Made by a program: the position numbers and the translations under genes
Notes under the pieces: generated by a model
Told to the model about the DNA's origin: nothing
Databases searched by the model: none
The model's input: the letters and a program-made list of their open reading frames with translations, nothing else
NCBI GenBank assembly: GCA_037447605.1
Contig: CM074809.1
Span: 2,842,689 to 2,906,688 of the forward strand
Direction of reading: 5' to 3'
DNA from: Zygnema circumcarinatum SAG 698-1b
Taxonomy: Eukaryota > Plantae > Zygnematophyceae
DNA: 64,000 bases
Part shown: in pieces, positions 10,501-23,030 of the stretch
Layout of the letters: every line of letters starts with the position of its first letter
Position numbering within the stretch: position 1 is the first letter of the stretch

Positions 10501-13500
10501 CCGAATGGTCCGTAAGCTGCTGCTTAGTGACCATTGTATGCTAATGGTCCATCATCTGGACCATTCAATGAGTTGTACTGTATGACACTGGCTATGTCAT
10601 TGACTTTGCACTCAGATGGGATAGCTTTGAGGTAGCGCATTGATCGTACATTCAGTGTGATTTTGCTGTTTTGCAAAATTAGACAGAGTCAAGAAAGGCT
10701 GACGGTATCAAGACGTTGATGGTGGTCATTGTGGCGTGATCAATTCTTGGATCCCGCTGCACTGTTTCTGCAGGCCTATGACCAGCAACAGCAGGGGATG
10801 CTTGAGGCCGCCTCACACGCACTTACATATCGAAAGGAGGTTTTGGATGACAACCTACGACTAACACAGGCTGTGGAGGTAGTCTGGGCGCACTTCAATA
10901 AGCCTGCCCTAAGGCTATTGCATCAGTTTTCGTCAAGTGCAGCTTGAGTAGTGCACAGTTCAGCTTTGTTCAGGGAACTTTGCGATGGGGTGAACATAAA
11001 AGTCTAATCTATTGTACTTGGGATGGGACAGAGAGCTGAACATGATCGAGCTGTCTTCGTGGCAACGTTGATGCCGTTGATGGCAGAATTTGGATTGCAC
11101 CCTGATGCAAGCGATGCCCAAGATTTGGTGCATTCTGTTAAGGTGTGGACTTTTTTCTGCTCAGATGAGGTGCAAAACCTCAGTTTGTCCGATTGGAGCT
11201 TTTGTTTGTACCGCATCTGCCGCTATTCCTTCGTGTTGCTTCATGCCTTCTAACTGACATTCAAGGGTGAATGTTGGGAAATGGTTGTGGAGCAGCTAGT
11301 GGTTCAGCGCCTATTGGCAGCCTTAAGTCTTGAGGTACGGCGAGAAGAGCATACCCCTGCACTTAATTGGGCTTGTCGAAAGCCATCTCTGTGAAGTTAA
11401 TATTTAGCTGCCATCTGCTGCCGCTGTGTCCTATCATGGAGCTGATAAGAGGCTGCCAGACCATTTACTGAATCTTCCAACATGCGTGCATTCTTCTGTG
11501 CAATATAAGTCTGCGGAGCTGTCTTTGCTGTTCAGTGTCCCTTTCCGAATCTAAAAACGACAGTCTGTATGCAGAGACGTGTGCCATCTGGTCTCTACAA
11601 CGACAGTGATCATCCTCCGATTGGCAGTCTCCTTGCTGGACTAAACTTTCAAGATGCATCAGCTAAAGTTCACCTCGATCAAGGGCAGATCATAACGGTA
11701 CTGACCTTCCCCAATAGACTTGTGAATTTCTCTACGTGTAACCACTTAGTTGATCTTGATGATGTGCTTCAGGTGCTGGGCCCGTTGGCTAGGCATTAGC
11801 TGGCCACGTCCAACTTCTACTTATAGGGATATTGACAAGTGGTTGGGTGGCAGGGCGGGCGAAGGGGACACTCCAATTGGCCAGCTGGTCCTGGTGAAGT
11901 CTCTAGCAATGGTAGCAGAGAGGCCACTGGGTGAGTCTTCCATAGCACATCTGGCTGCATTTGCAAGCCCACAATGGAGTTATGAGCTAAATTGTTTTGC
12001 AAGTGTTGCATTCTGCTCCTCGTGGGAGCTCATCTGGTTACTCTGACTCTTTCATTTTCATTCTTAATTCGAGGCATTTGAAGCTGCAAAGCTGGTTGTC
12101 TTGTTGACAGGCTAGAGAACGATGTCAGTCGTTTGGCTTTGGAGTCTGGGCGAAGGCAATCGCTCACTTCGGAGACAAGCCCAGGTCCTTCCTATCCTCA
12201 AACTGCGCCGACTTCGGCGGAGCCACCACGACCACAAGAACGACGAGCATGGACTGATTTTGTGCAGACAGTCCACGCAGGGAGAGAACCATCAGAATGG
12301 ATAGGTGTAGGGGAAAGCAGTGGCGGGCAGTCTGTTCAGGGAGCAGCTGCATTTCGGGGGCCAAATATTGAACCCCCCCAGCCTGCACACCAACCGAAAG
12401 TTGCTGCACACGAGCCTGCAGTAACCCCATCTACAAACACAAATCAACAACCAACTCACCGTTCCCCCCCTGAGCCGGAAGACCCTGAGCCAGCAGGTGC
12501 TCCTGGCTGTACCCTTTAAAAACCCTAAAAACCCTTCAAACCCTTCAAACCCTAAAAACCCTAAAAACCCACTCGCGCTGGCAAGTAGTGCATATTGATG
12601 AGAGAGCCTTGGATGGGTCATTATTGGGGAACCTGGGAGTCGTCTTTTCTCGATATGGGCTGGCAGGTGTGAAATCAACCGTCCCTGACTCCGTCGTGGT
12701 GACCTATTGCAGGTCCAGAGCTTCGGCCGGCCATTGAAGGCCTCCGTATTGTGGGCGATGCAGTACTAGGCGGCAAACTCACAGCTTGTGGCCATTCCAT
12801 CAACGGAACTGCGCTTTGCGTTTTTCAGGTCTTCCATCGCACGTTGGAGGACCACTCAAGTTTCTTTTCATACTTTATGTTGGTGAATTGTGGAAGACTT
12901 GAAAATCTCATGTTTGGCTGGTAGTTGTGTGCTGCAGTGGGTTCGGCAATACGGGGATGGCAGTGCGTACTACATCGATGGTGTGTCAACCTTCCTCTAG
13001 ACCAACTGCAGGAGCAGATGCAATTTTTTTGCAAAGAGCTGGTGCTTCGTTTTATGCTGGGTGGATGTGCATTGGAAGCTGACATGAGTAAAACGTAAGT
13101 TTCTTTGGTGGATTTTGCTCATTTTACAGGTGCAGCTTCACCTGAGTACACCATCACTGCTGATGACTGTAGCAACATTGTCGCTATTGAATGTGTGCCC
13201 ATGGATGAGATGGGCAATAGGGTATGCCTCTTGTTTCCCTGGACTCCGTCCACCTATCGCAACTTAAAGAGCTTATCATCCCAAATTGCTAAGCCAAAAC
13301 GCGGGAGTGTGCAGGGTGAGAAGGTTCGTGTGGTGGCAAATGATGGGCACTACATACAGCTCGGTGAGTTGCGATTCCCTGGATAGTGGTGCAAGATGCA
13401 TAAGCAAAACTACTTTAAAAAGGAAAAATGAAAGGGTTCACATGGTAGGATTCAGGGCTGACCTTGACTCGGGGTGTGGAGGTGTACTCAGATGCCATCT

Positions 13501-14426
13501 TGCAAGACAAACTGGAAGAATGTCTTCTCGACGGGGGAATGTCATTCGATGTCAACTTGCTTGTGAGTAATTCCCGTTGTCTTCTTCCTTAATTTGATTA
13601 CGTCAGTACGTGTAAGAACAGGTGAAATATAAATAATTCTTACACGGAAATGTTTGTTGGAGCAGGATGGTGCAGATACTGTTCCTTGCGTTCTGCAAAT
13701 AAAGCGACTTGAATACTCTCTGAAGCGAGGCTCCAAGAAGCTTTTTCGTGGTTCTTTTGCCGATGAAGTGCAGGTACGTTTGTTCGTTATGGTAGATATT
13801 ACTCCCTATAAGGCATTTTGCTTGCTCGAGTTGTTTTAGTGATAGCGTGTTCTCTAATGTTTTCCTGCAGAGTGAGATGCAGGTGGAGATCCAAGTTGGC
13901 CAACCCACTTCGTTCATTATCCACACAGGCGATGGCAGACAGTTTTGTGTGGACCTTCGTGACAGCAGGTGACCCTTATGTGTAGCTCATTAATGGTAGA
14001 GGCAGGGGGTTGCTACTGTAGCAGTGTTCTATTTGTGCCTTTTGGTTTCGTTGGCTCTTGATCTGGATTCAACCTTTCCATATGACGCTATAGCAGCCAG
14101 CAGAGCAAATTTCTCCTCTTGCGTCCGCTATCCACACTTGAACAAATGCATCATTTAAATGGAGAGTCCCATTGGTTTTGGGGTTGTGGTGGGGAGACAG
14201 ACAACGAGACATGGCAGTGCTCGTCATGCGTCGTTTCAAAGATGCCAACAGCCAGGTACAATGTGTTATCTTTGTCCCTTGTCCCAGGCGGTTTCACTTA
14301 TAGCTCTCGCATTTTTCCTACCATGATGTTGGATATCTTCTAGAATCATTACTTACCTGCCCAAGCATGCCATTTTTCTGGGTGCAGTTTCCAGGTAACC
14401 GGAAACGTGGCAGTTGGTTCAGGTAA
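7512..14426 (+). CDS. Multi-exon coiled-coil + AIR9-type A9/Ig-like + PH-like protein (resembles the plant AT5G08440/AT5G23490-type family)
   Basis: In-phase exons give EAQLLSEKRSLERRVAELRM / AYDQQQQGMLEAASHALTYRKEVLDDNLRLTQAVE / RAEHDRAVFVATLMPLMAEFGLHPDASDAQDLVHSVK, then PAIEGLRIVGDAVLGGKLTACGHSINGTALCVFQ / WVRQYGDGSAYYIDG / AASPEYTITADDCSNIVAIECVPMDEMGNR / GEKVRVVANDG, and end RQRDMAVLVMRRFKDANSQ / FPGNRKRGSWFR*. The start codon and the exons at 7.7-10 kb and 11.7-12.1 kb are uncertain. Confidence 0.75.
12518..12571. repeat. Intronic telomere-like repeat, 6 units of 9 bp (AAAAACCCT, two of them TCAAACCCT)
   Basis: AAAAACCCT AAAAACCCT TCAAACCCT TCAAACCCT AAAAACCCT AAAAACCCA. Confidence 0.85.
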
Positions 14427-15370
14427 AGTATTCCATGCTGCTGGGTGACCTCAAACCCAGAGCAGCCACTGACGCTGGGCGGTCTGCTGCCAGACGTGCC
14501 AACCATGGGATCATAGCTCCCCCCATCAATCGAGTCACTGCGAGCATCGGTTCAGCACCACACTTGCAGCAAGACAATGCTCTTTTGTTGATGTTATATA
14601 CACTTGTCCTCATTAGTCATTTATTTTTTAAAAGGCAGCTACTCCCTTCCGAGTGCTGTGTGATGTCAGGTGGAGATGTCCCTCAAAATGTAGCTTGTCT
14701 AGTTTCTCAGAGTTTGGGGATGTGGAGGGGTGGAGTCAGGCCCACTCTACTGCTCCGTGATTCTGAACTTGTCTAAATTAGTTTTAAAAAATATAGTTAC
14801 GACGTGCTCCAGCTTTGCCCCTCAATAGTGGACATACCCTTATTAGTCAGTGCCTCTTCGGGAGAGTCTGGCTTTCCATTAGAGGTGCATGAATCGCACC
14901 CTTTTGTGCGTTTTCAATGATATACGTGAGTGTCCCCGATGCTTTCCGCCCTTAAACCAGTCAAGCTCCTCTCCCTCCCCAGCCCTCCAACGAGTAGCTT
15001 TATCAAAAGGCTTCGCAATGAGATCAATGCTACTTCCTTTTCTCTTTTTCCTTCACAATGGTCCAGCCGTCGAAAATCCACATCTTCATTCGGACAAGGG
15101 TCACCTTAGCCTCCGTACAGTAATATCTATCCGTCCGATTTCCGTACACTCTGTCGTTTACCGCGCGCATACAGTATCCGTACGCCACCCATTGTCCGTA
15201 CAGCGTCCCGTGGCCGGGCCTCCTCCAGTTGTAGGATCGGCGCCTCTCCGCCGTCCGATCTTCATCGATGCGCCTTCCCGCCCGCCCGTTCCGCCCGCAG
15301 AGAGAGGCGACTTGGCAACCTTGCCCTCCTCCCTCCCTCCCTTCCGGAGTCTCTTAAGCACAGCTCCGCC

Positions 15371-18300
15371 ATGGACTGTGTGGCGCCTTTCTGCCGTGCG
15401 GGAGGCAATCTGACGGCTTGCCCTGACGGGCAGCTTTTGGCGCGGCCGCAAGGAGGAGGACGTCTGCGTGTCGCCTCGTCCTCTCTGCGAACGCCGCCAC
15501 TTTCGCCGCGGCCGCACTTGCGGGTTCTGCGGACCCGAGCGAGCGGGGGACCTTCGTCTGTTTCAGTGCAGGTGCCTTCGGCTTCGTCTTCGGACAATTC
15601 AGAGCAGGGCGCGCCTAAGTATGTCCCACTTCGAGCAGGAGGGGAGGCTCCAAGGGCTCCTGGAGAACTGACGCCACGAGCTCCATTATTGCTCAAACCC
15701 TCTCGCCCTGTTGCACCCGCACCGCCTCCCACTCCTCCTCCCACTCCTCCTCCTATTGTCAGGCCTGCTTCTCGGCCTGATGGGGGGGTGCGCGGGGGAG
15801 GAACGTCAGCTGCAGCAAACGGAGCGCTGCCAGCGACCAAAGCAGATAGTGACACGCGTCCTCGGTTTGTGTTTCGCCCGCGGGATAACCGTGTTCCTCG
15901 CTCTCCGCCTACAGATAATGGTGCTGCTCGCTCACTCAGGGAGATACTTGAAAGGGCAGAGAGAATGGGAACTCAGAATAAGCAGAATCGCAATGCAGCT
16001 GGAAACGCAAATGAAGCTGGTGATAACTTAATTGCAGACAGTAATGATACTGCTAGTGATGCGGCTGCTGCTGTCGATCAGAGCACTGCTACACCAGTTA
16101 TGGAGGAAGGCCCTGTAGACGAAATCGTGCCAGCTGCTGCGCTGAAAGGCCCTCCAGTGAGGGTTGTGAGGCCTCCGATCACACTAAATTCTCGGGAGAG
16201 ACCGGCTAATATAGCTCCTGTAAGGCCATCATTAACGGGGCCGTCTGACGCTCCAGCTCTGGATTCTGCAATAATAGCAGCTGGCACAGTCCTGCCAGAT
16301 ATTAGCGAGGAGGTGGATGAGCTGGAATTGGAGAAGCAGAAGGATATAGGATTCGGGTTGAGAAGGGACGGTGAAGCAGAGCCTTTCCAGGCTTCGAGAA
16401 GAGGTGAGGATCAGGCGGGAGCTAAAGGTGAGGCGAGTAGTATAGAGGTAGGCGCTACGGCAGGAACTAGCCAGCGTCGACCCATGCCAACTCCGGGAGG
16501 CTTGAGAACTCCTTCTACGCCAGCACCTCCTGCACCTTCTGCACCTCCCGTTAGACCTTCTCCTCCATCTTCTGCTAGCTTGGTAAGTTCTTCTATCAAT
16601 TTACCAGCTCCACCACTTTCAAGGCCTCAAGGACCGTCTGTTGCGGAGGCAAACGTGACCAGACCTCGAGAGGATGCACCAGATTCTGGGAATGAATCCG
16701 GAGATGCTGTTGAGGCCGAGGCTATGCTGGTGAAGCCCAAACCTGCAAGGCTAGAGCGGCCAGTACGGGAGCAGCGCAGCGGATTAGAGGCACCAGACTC
16801 CAGCAGAGAAGAACTGGCTGGTTCGAGTGTGCGGAGTGTTGAAGAAGGTGCTGCCGAAGTTCAGATTCCTGAACGGGCAATAGGAATGCTATCCAAGCCA
16901 GCCGAGGCGGTTGAGACAGTCAATCCTTCGTTGGAACGATTGACGCCGGGAGAACTCTCTGGTGACGAGGGAGAAACATTGTCAGCTGCAACCGAAGGAT
17001 GGGAGGAGGAAGCAGCCCCAAAGCCGGTTATGATACAGAGAAAGCCAATGCTGGCTGCACGACCAGAAGTAAAGCTGCAGGCACCACCAATGCTGCGGCC
17101 CAGACCTCTCACAAAGCCACCAGAAAAGCCCGCTTCCCCAATTGAGGCAGCTTCGGCGGTAGCTGAAAATGAATCAGAGGTGGGGGCAAAGAAAGGACCC
17201 GTTCTTCGAGATGTGGGGCGTAAGGCTCAGGAAGAGAGGCCGCCTAGACCCGCCAAGGCCGCAGCTCCTGCATCTGCTGCTGCAGTCACTGCACCTGCAC
17301 CTGCACCTGCGGGCGATAAGCTTGGTAAGAAGGGAAAGAAAGATGACAAGCGCAGTAAGGGTCGTTTTGCTTCAGGAGATGGAGTGTTGGAAGAGAAGAA
17401 GATGTTGACTCGGCGGCAGAGCAAGAACAATCGTAAGGCAGCTAGGGCAGAAAGTGCTAAGGCGAGTGCGCCTGTGAAGGCGGAGATTCTTGAGGTGGGA
17501 AAAACAGGCATGTCTGTGCAGGAGTTGGCGGGACTCCTAGCGGTCAATGACTCGGATGTGGTTCGCTGCCTTTTTATGAAGGTAAGAGGCTGAAATAAAC
17601 GGCTTAGCTGCACCTCAATATATTAGGGCGAGAAGAGAAGTGTTTGAGCTGGACTTAAGTCTAATTTGTGGGAGCACTGTGTGATTTTGGACTAGGAAAT
17701 TCTGAAGCAATCTGTAGCAAAATACAGGTATTCATTGCAGCAGGAGATCCTTTGCTGAGCTTTGACGGTACTTCCAGATGAAGAATGATGTTGGTGAGGG
17801 AGGCTTGATTTCAAAGAATTTCCGCAGTAAGCGGAGGGGCTATCATGGATTCCAGGCGACGGGTTTATTCATAACATTCATGAAGAGCGCTGCTTAAGAA
17901 AAACACTTCTATAAACAGCGGGGTGATGCGTAGCAGATGCCCCCCTGCATTGATTTGAAGGGGAGCACAGGACGTCGCATGTATTCCACTGAAATAACAT
18001 AGCCAGGCATGCAGCCTTCTAGGCACTATGTCAGTTCGGTCGAACTTACTCGAGAATATTCCACATGTTGCCTAGCAGATCGGCTGCTTGCTGTCTGGAA
18101 TATAGTTGAGAGGCCGTGTCTTGCCAAGTACTGCTTGATAGAACATGCATGCTTGATTTACCCTTAGACGTCATCAGGGATCCTTGTGTGACATGTATGA
18201 TCAGCTACGGCAGAGGTCATTGCATCTTTGTCCGTGAATGTAGAGAGCGACTTAGTCACTGATCCCATTCTTGTTCTTCTGGTGTATGTTGGAAAATATC

Positions 18301-21300
18301 AGGGCATCATGACAACAGTGAACCAAGTTCTGGATGAAGACACGGTGCGGGTGGTATGCCGAGAGTATGATGTGGAGGTTATTGAAGCAGGCAGTGTGAG
18401 CGTGGATGATCTGGCCAAGCGCACCCGTGAATTTTTGGATGAGGAAGACTTGGACAAGTTATTGTTTCGGCCACCAGTTGTAACCATTATGGGTCATGTG
18501 GACCATGGAAAGGTGAGTCTCCTCAGTCCTTGCAGCTGGTGAGTGGAATGATGGAGCAGCTGGAATGCAGGGCTAACAGGATTGCTATTTTGGGGATGTT
18601 GGTGTTGCAGACATCTCTTCTTGACTATATCCGCAAGTCCAAGGTGAGGATAAGTTACCTCTCTCTTCCCAGGATGGTAGTTGGGTGTGCCGCCAGCACA
18701 TGCTTGGATTATTGTGTAGGTACTGTAAATTTGCTTGCGAACTGAAAATCCTGGGTGGTGGGCTTAACAGGTGGCAGCAGGAGAGGCAGGGGGCATCACA
18801 CAGGGCATTGGTGCATACCGTGTAAAGGTGCCAGTGGGTGATGAGGAGCAGCTCTGTGTGTTCCTTGATACACCTGGCCATGAGGTGAGTCATTGAAAGA
18901 TGGCAATTGGCAGGATATTGCCGTGACGAGCCCACTCTTCACCCCTTCACCCTGGAGACGGCAATAGGAAAGCTTGCTTGGGTTGAAGATTTGGGAGGAG
19001 TACATTCCTGACATTGTCGGATGCTTTACAATTTGCAGGCCTTCAGCGCTATGCGGGCACGAGGAGCTCGAGTGACCGATATTGCCATCATCGTGGTAGC
19101 AGGTGACGATGGAGTGCGGCCACAATCGCTTGAAGCCATAGCCCACGCTCGAGCAGCCAATGTCCCCATTGTGGTGGCCATTAACAAGGTGCACTCCTGA
19201 CTCTATAGCTGTCCGACGGCATGAGACAGAGAAAAGCGACCAACTGAGTAAGGGCAGTACAGCAACACAGCAGTGTGTTTGTCTCGTGGGTTCTGAAGGT
19301 GTCTTGTGGTATCCGGCATCTCGGACATTTCCAATTTTAATGTGACTTCTTCGACAAGTTGATGACTCGACAGATGCGGGGCGTGGGAGCAGATGGATAA
19401 GCCAGGAGCAAATTCAGAGCGAGTGATGCAGGAACTGGCAACGCACAACCTGATGCCTGAAGAATGGGGGGGCGACGTGCCCATGGTTCCTGTAAGTCAC
19501 CATCATCAGCTTGGCAATTGGCGGTCTCAGATTCTGCGGCAGGATTGTGGAGTGGGCTGGGCTATGACCTGCTTTTAACACATGGGGTTCAATGCATGCA
19601 GGTGAGCGCGCTCACAGGAAGCGGTGTGGCGGATCTCCTCGCGAATGTGATGGTGCAGGCAGAGGTATGTGGCTGCCAAGACCTTGCAGGGGACTCAGCA
19701 GTGTTTAGATGCTAACTTGCAGCTGCGTTTTCATGGCGGCAACGTCAGCCTTCTGCTAGGTGTTTATTTACATGTTGATGTATTTTGTGGGTTTTGGGAG
19801 GATCGTCTTCAGTTCCAAGACCTACGAGCCAATCCCGACAGGGATGCAGTCGGTACAGTGATTGAGGCGAGCTTGGATAAAGCCCGAGGTCCTGTAGCCA
19901 CACTATTGGTGCAGAATGGGACGCTGCACAGGGGAGATGTGGTGGTGTGTGGGGAAGCATATGGCAAGGTATGCTTTTGAGCGTGCTCCTTTCAAGTCTT
20001 CTTCTCTTTCCAGCACAAGAATAGATCAGAAGCGATAGGTTTTCCTGCACACGTGGCTGGTGATCATCAAGACTTCCGGCATTCCGTTGTCATCGTCCTT
20101 GTGTTCTTGCGTCAAGAAACCATTCCGCTCTCAATGTGGATTCTGGGCTTGCAGGTGAGGGCACTAGTGGATGATACAGGAGCACGTGCTGAAGCTGCCG
20201 GCCCGTCCATGGCGGTGGAGATTCTTGGGCTGAACACTGTCCCAGTTGCTGGAGATGAGTTCTGTACGGTGGCGACTATGGATGAGGCACGCATGAGGGC
20301 GGAGGAGTGTGCAGAGCAGCTGCGAATTGAGCGGCTCGCAATGCAGGCCGGGCAGGGCAAGGTGACGTTGGCTTCGCTGGCCAGCGCTGTGGCAGCAGGA
20401 CAGGAGACGGGGGCCATTGAGAATCACCATCTCAACATTGTGCTGAAGGTGGATGCTCAGGTGGGTGGTCGACAGAGGTTGAGAAAGTTGTGGTCCGTAG
20501 AGTTCGTCCTCCCGCGTTTCAAAATTCGGGTTTTTGACTTGTACAGGTGTGCGTTGCATGTGCAGGGAAGCATGGAGGCGATTCGTGAAGCTCTTTTGTC
20601 GCTGCCGCAGGATACAGTGTCTCTGCGCTTCTTATTACAAGCAGCAGGCGAGATAAGCAGGAGTGATGTTGACCTGGCAGTCGCGAGTTCAGCCATTATT
20701 CTCGGCTTCAATGTGGGTTCTTCACCAGCTGTAGAGGCTTATGCAGACGAAAAGGGAGTGGAGCTAAGAAAATATCGCGTCATTTACGATATTTTGGATG
20801 ACGTCCGTAAGGCAATGGAGGGCATGTTGCAATCCGTGGAGGTACGATGCCTATTCTCGTCCTCTGCGGAGGGTCTTAATTTGTTTTTCTGTGCACTTAC
20901 TTCTCGATTGGAAATGTAACAATCTAGGCCAGTCCTGACTCATGGCCATTCGTTAACAAGACGTCCTGCATCAGGTGTACTCTTCACCTTGTGAGAGTAC
21001 ACGCTTCACCTTCACTCTTCACTCTTCACCTTCACTCTTCACTCTTCACTCTTCACCTTCACTCTTCACCTTCACCTATTGAGACTTGCTGCTTGGGAGT
21101 CGGTGTTGCAGGAGCGAGTGTCCATTGGGCGAGCAGAGATTCGTGCCGTGTTTGGGTCGGGATCAAACCGAGTGGCCGGCTGCATGGTCCTGGAGGGGAA
21201 GCTGGTGAAGGGCTGTGCAATCTCTGTTGTGCATGGATCCAAAGAGGTGTACGCGGGAACCATCTCCTCCCTCCGGCGAGTGAAGGAGGCAGCCAAGGAG

Positions 21301-21507
21301 GTGGTGGCGGGATTGGAGTGCGGTGTGGGTGTAGACGACTTCGACGATTGGTCAGCGGGAGATGTGATTGAAGCATTTAGCGTAGTGTCTAAGACAAGGA
21401 CGCTTGAAGATGCCTCCAAAACAACTTTGGCAGCCCTTGCAACAAGGCCGGATGAGCTAAATGCTATTGATGGCCTCGCTCCTGTCAGCATGGGCTCAAG
21501 GCGTTAG
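15371..21507 (+). CDS. IF2: Plastid translation initiation factor IF-2 (FUG1/infB-like), about 11 exons
   Basis: Large first exon 15371-17581 with a transit-peptide-like start and a Pro/Ala-rich region. GTPase motifs GHVDHGK|T, DTPGHE and AINK|MD are split across GT-AG junctions. Conserved [32 protein letters not shown]|GSMEAI and IYDILDD. Last exon ends at 21507. Confidence 0.96.
21004..21075. repeat. (CTTCACT/CTTCAC)n minisatellite in the last IF2 intron
   Basis: About 10 units of 6-7 bp, read directly. Confidence 0.9.
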
Positions 21508-22090
21508 AAACAGTGCCTGAAATGAAGCAGCCGGTAGTGTAGCGAGGGAGGAGGGGTGAACAGGCATAGCTGTTGCACCTGCAACAATATCACAACAGGC
21601 AGGCAGCCTTGGCCGAGATGACGAGAACGTGGGGCTCTCTGTATTTGAAGACGTAAAGCTGAATCTGCGTCAAAGGAATGTTTATTATACTGCAGGCATG
21701 CTCGTAATGGCGTCAGAATCGAATGGAACACCAGTGAGCTGAGTCAAGCCGTTAAGAAGTAGGAGATGGCAATCCCTTGTAGAGGCAGCTTTCTGTAGGG
21801 CGGACAGGTTCAAGCAGAAGTGTACACCCGCAGAACCAAGTGTTACATTTTCCATCTGTGGAAAGAATTATCCCATTGAAGGGCCCCATATGTTCACTCA
21901 GATAGCAGTGAGTGCGTCTGCCCCTCTTGCCATGCAGGCGAGGGTAGGATCAGTGAACCAGGCCCATCGTTGTAACTGGGAGGCTCGTTGGATGACTGGA
22001 ATTTGCAGTTGGAAAAAATGCTCGTAAGGGTACTACCAAGCCTTGTTGGTATTGAGTCTATTGACGCTTTTCTGTATATGTTTGGATGCG

Positions 22091-22943
22091 TCAAACCGTG
22101 ATGTCCAGGACAATGGTGTATTGGATAGGTATCGTACAGAGGGCACTGTACAAGTCTTCCAAATAGTGCATGACTAAAAGTTGACCGGGACAAATGATAA
22201 GAACACATATCACCGCACCATGCAAAATGGTCTTCATGGATACAACAATCCTCTCCGATGCAGTCATTGACGCGAGCGTCAGTTTCCTGACAGTCTAATT
22301 GGCACTCATCTGAAACGGTTTCAGGTCTCCAATGCTACGTATTACACCAGTAAGGTCACAACTGACTTGTTTCTGTGTTTATTCCCTTTTTTTTTTTTTT
22401 TTTTTTTTGTTTTTAAATCAGAATGAACTGGTGAGTTAGTCATCAAGTACCTTACCCTGCTCATGTTCTTAAAAAACGGAAGGAATTGCAATCACCTCAA
22501 TGCGGCAGCGCCATTGACGAATGGGATGATGCACATCCTATGCACAGCTCCGATCGCAAGCATACACTCGTACTCCAGTGTCCCTTTTCCTAACAAAAGA
22601 AAAAAGGAAGACGAGCAGAAACACGTGAGCGTGTGAGTTAGAATTTGGAAGGACGTCGACGGCTGTCCAAATTTCAAACAAAAAAAATTTCAATGAACCT
22701 CCCAAAAAAGGAAAAAGGCGCCTTTGCTTCGTTCAAACTTGCATGACCAATTACGGATGGCTAATGACCAAGCCAAATTGCTGTTCTGGTCACTTGCATC
22801 CGCTCACTACCGTATGTCGTCTTTAGAGGGCTGTGCAGGCTGCAGTGCTTCTTCACCACTTCCTTCGGCAGAGTGAGTGTGGAGCGGGCAAGGTTCTGTG
22901 CAGGAAGGCGCACATTCGGCTGAAGGCGTGAGAGGGCCGCCAT
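22091..22943 (-). CDS. Candidate unidentified spliced gene, head-to-head with WRAP73
   Basis: Exons 22943-22811, 22589-22496 and 22286-22091 (possibly with a 45-nt intron) join in phase: MAALSRLQPN...KTTY/GKGTLEYECMLAIGAVHRMCIIPFVNGAAAL/RKLTLASMTASERIVVSMKTILH...VMHYLEDLYSALCTIPIQYTIVLDIT. A strong polypyrimidine acceptor precedes exon 2. No family recognised and the 3' end is uncertain. Confidence 0.35.
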
Positions 22944-23030
22944 CTACTGCTGCTGCTGCTGCTGTCTGCCTGCAGGGCAGAGAATGAGCATGAGGGGGAC
23001 TTCCCGGGCGCGCCGGAACTGAAGGCAGCG

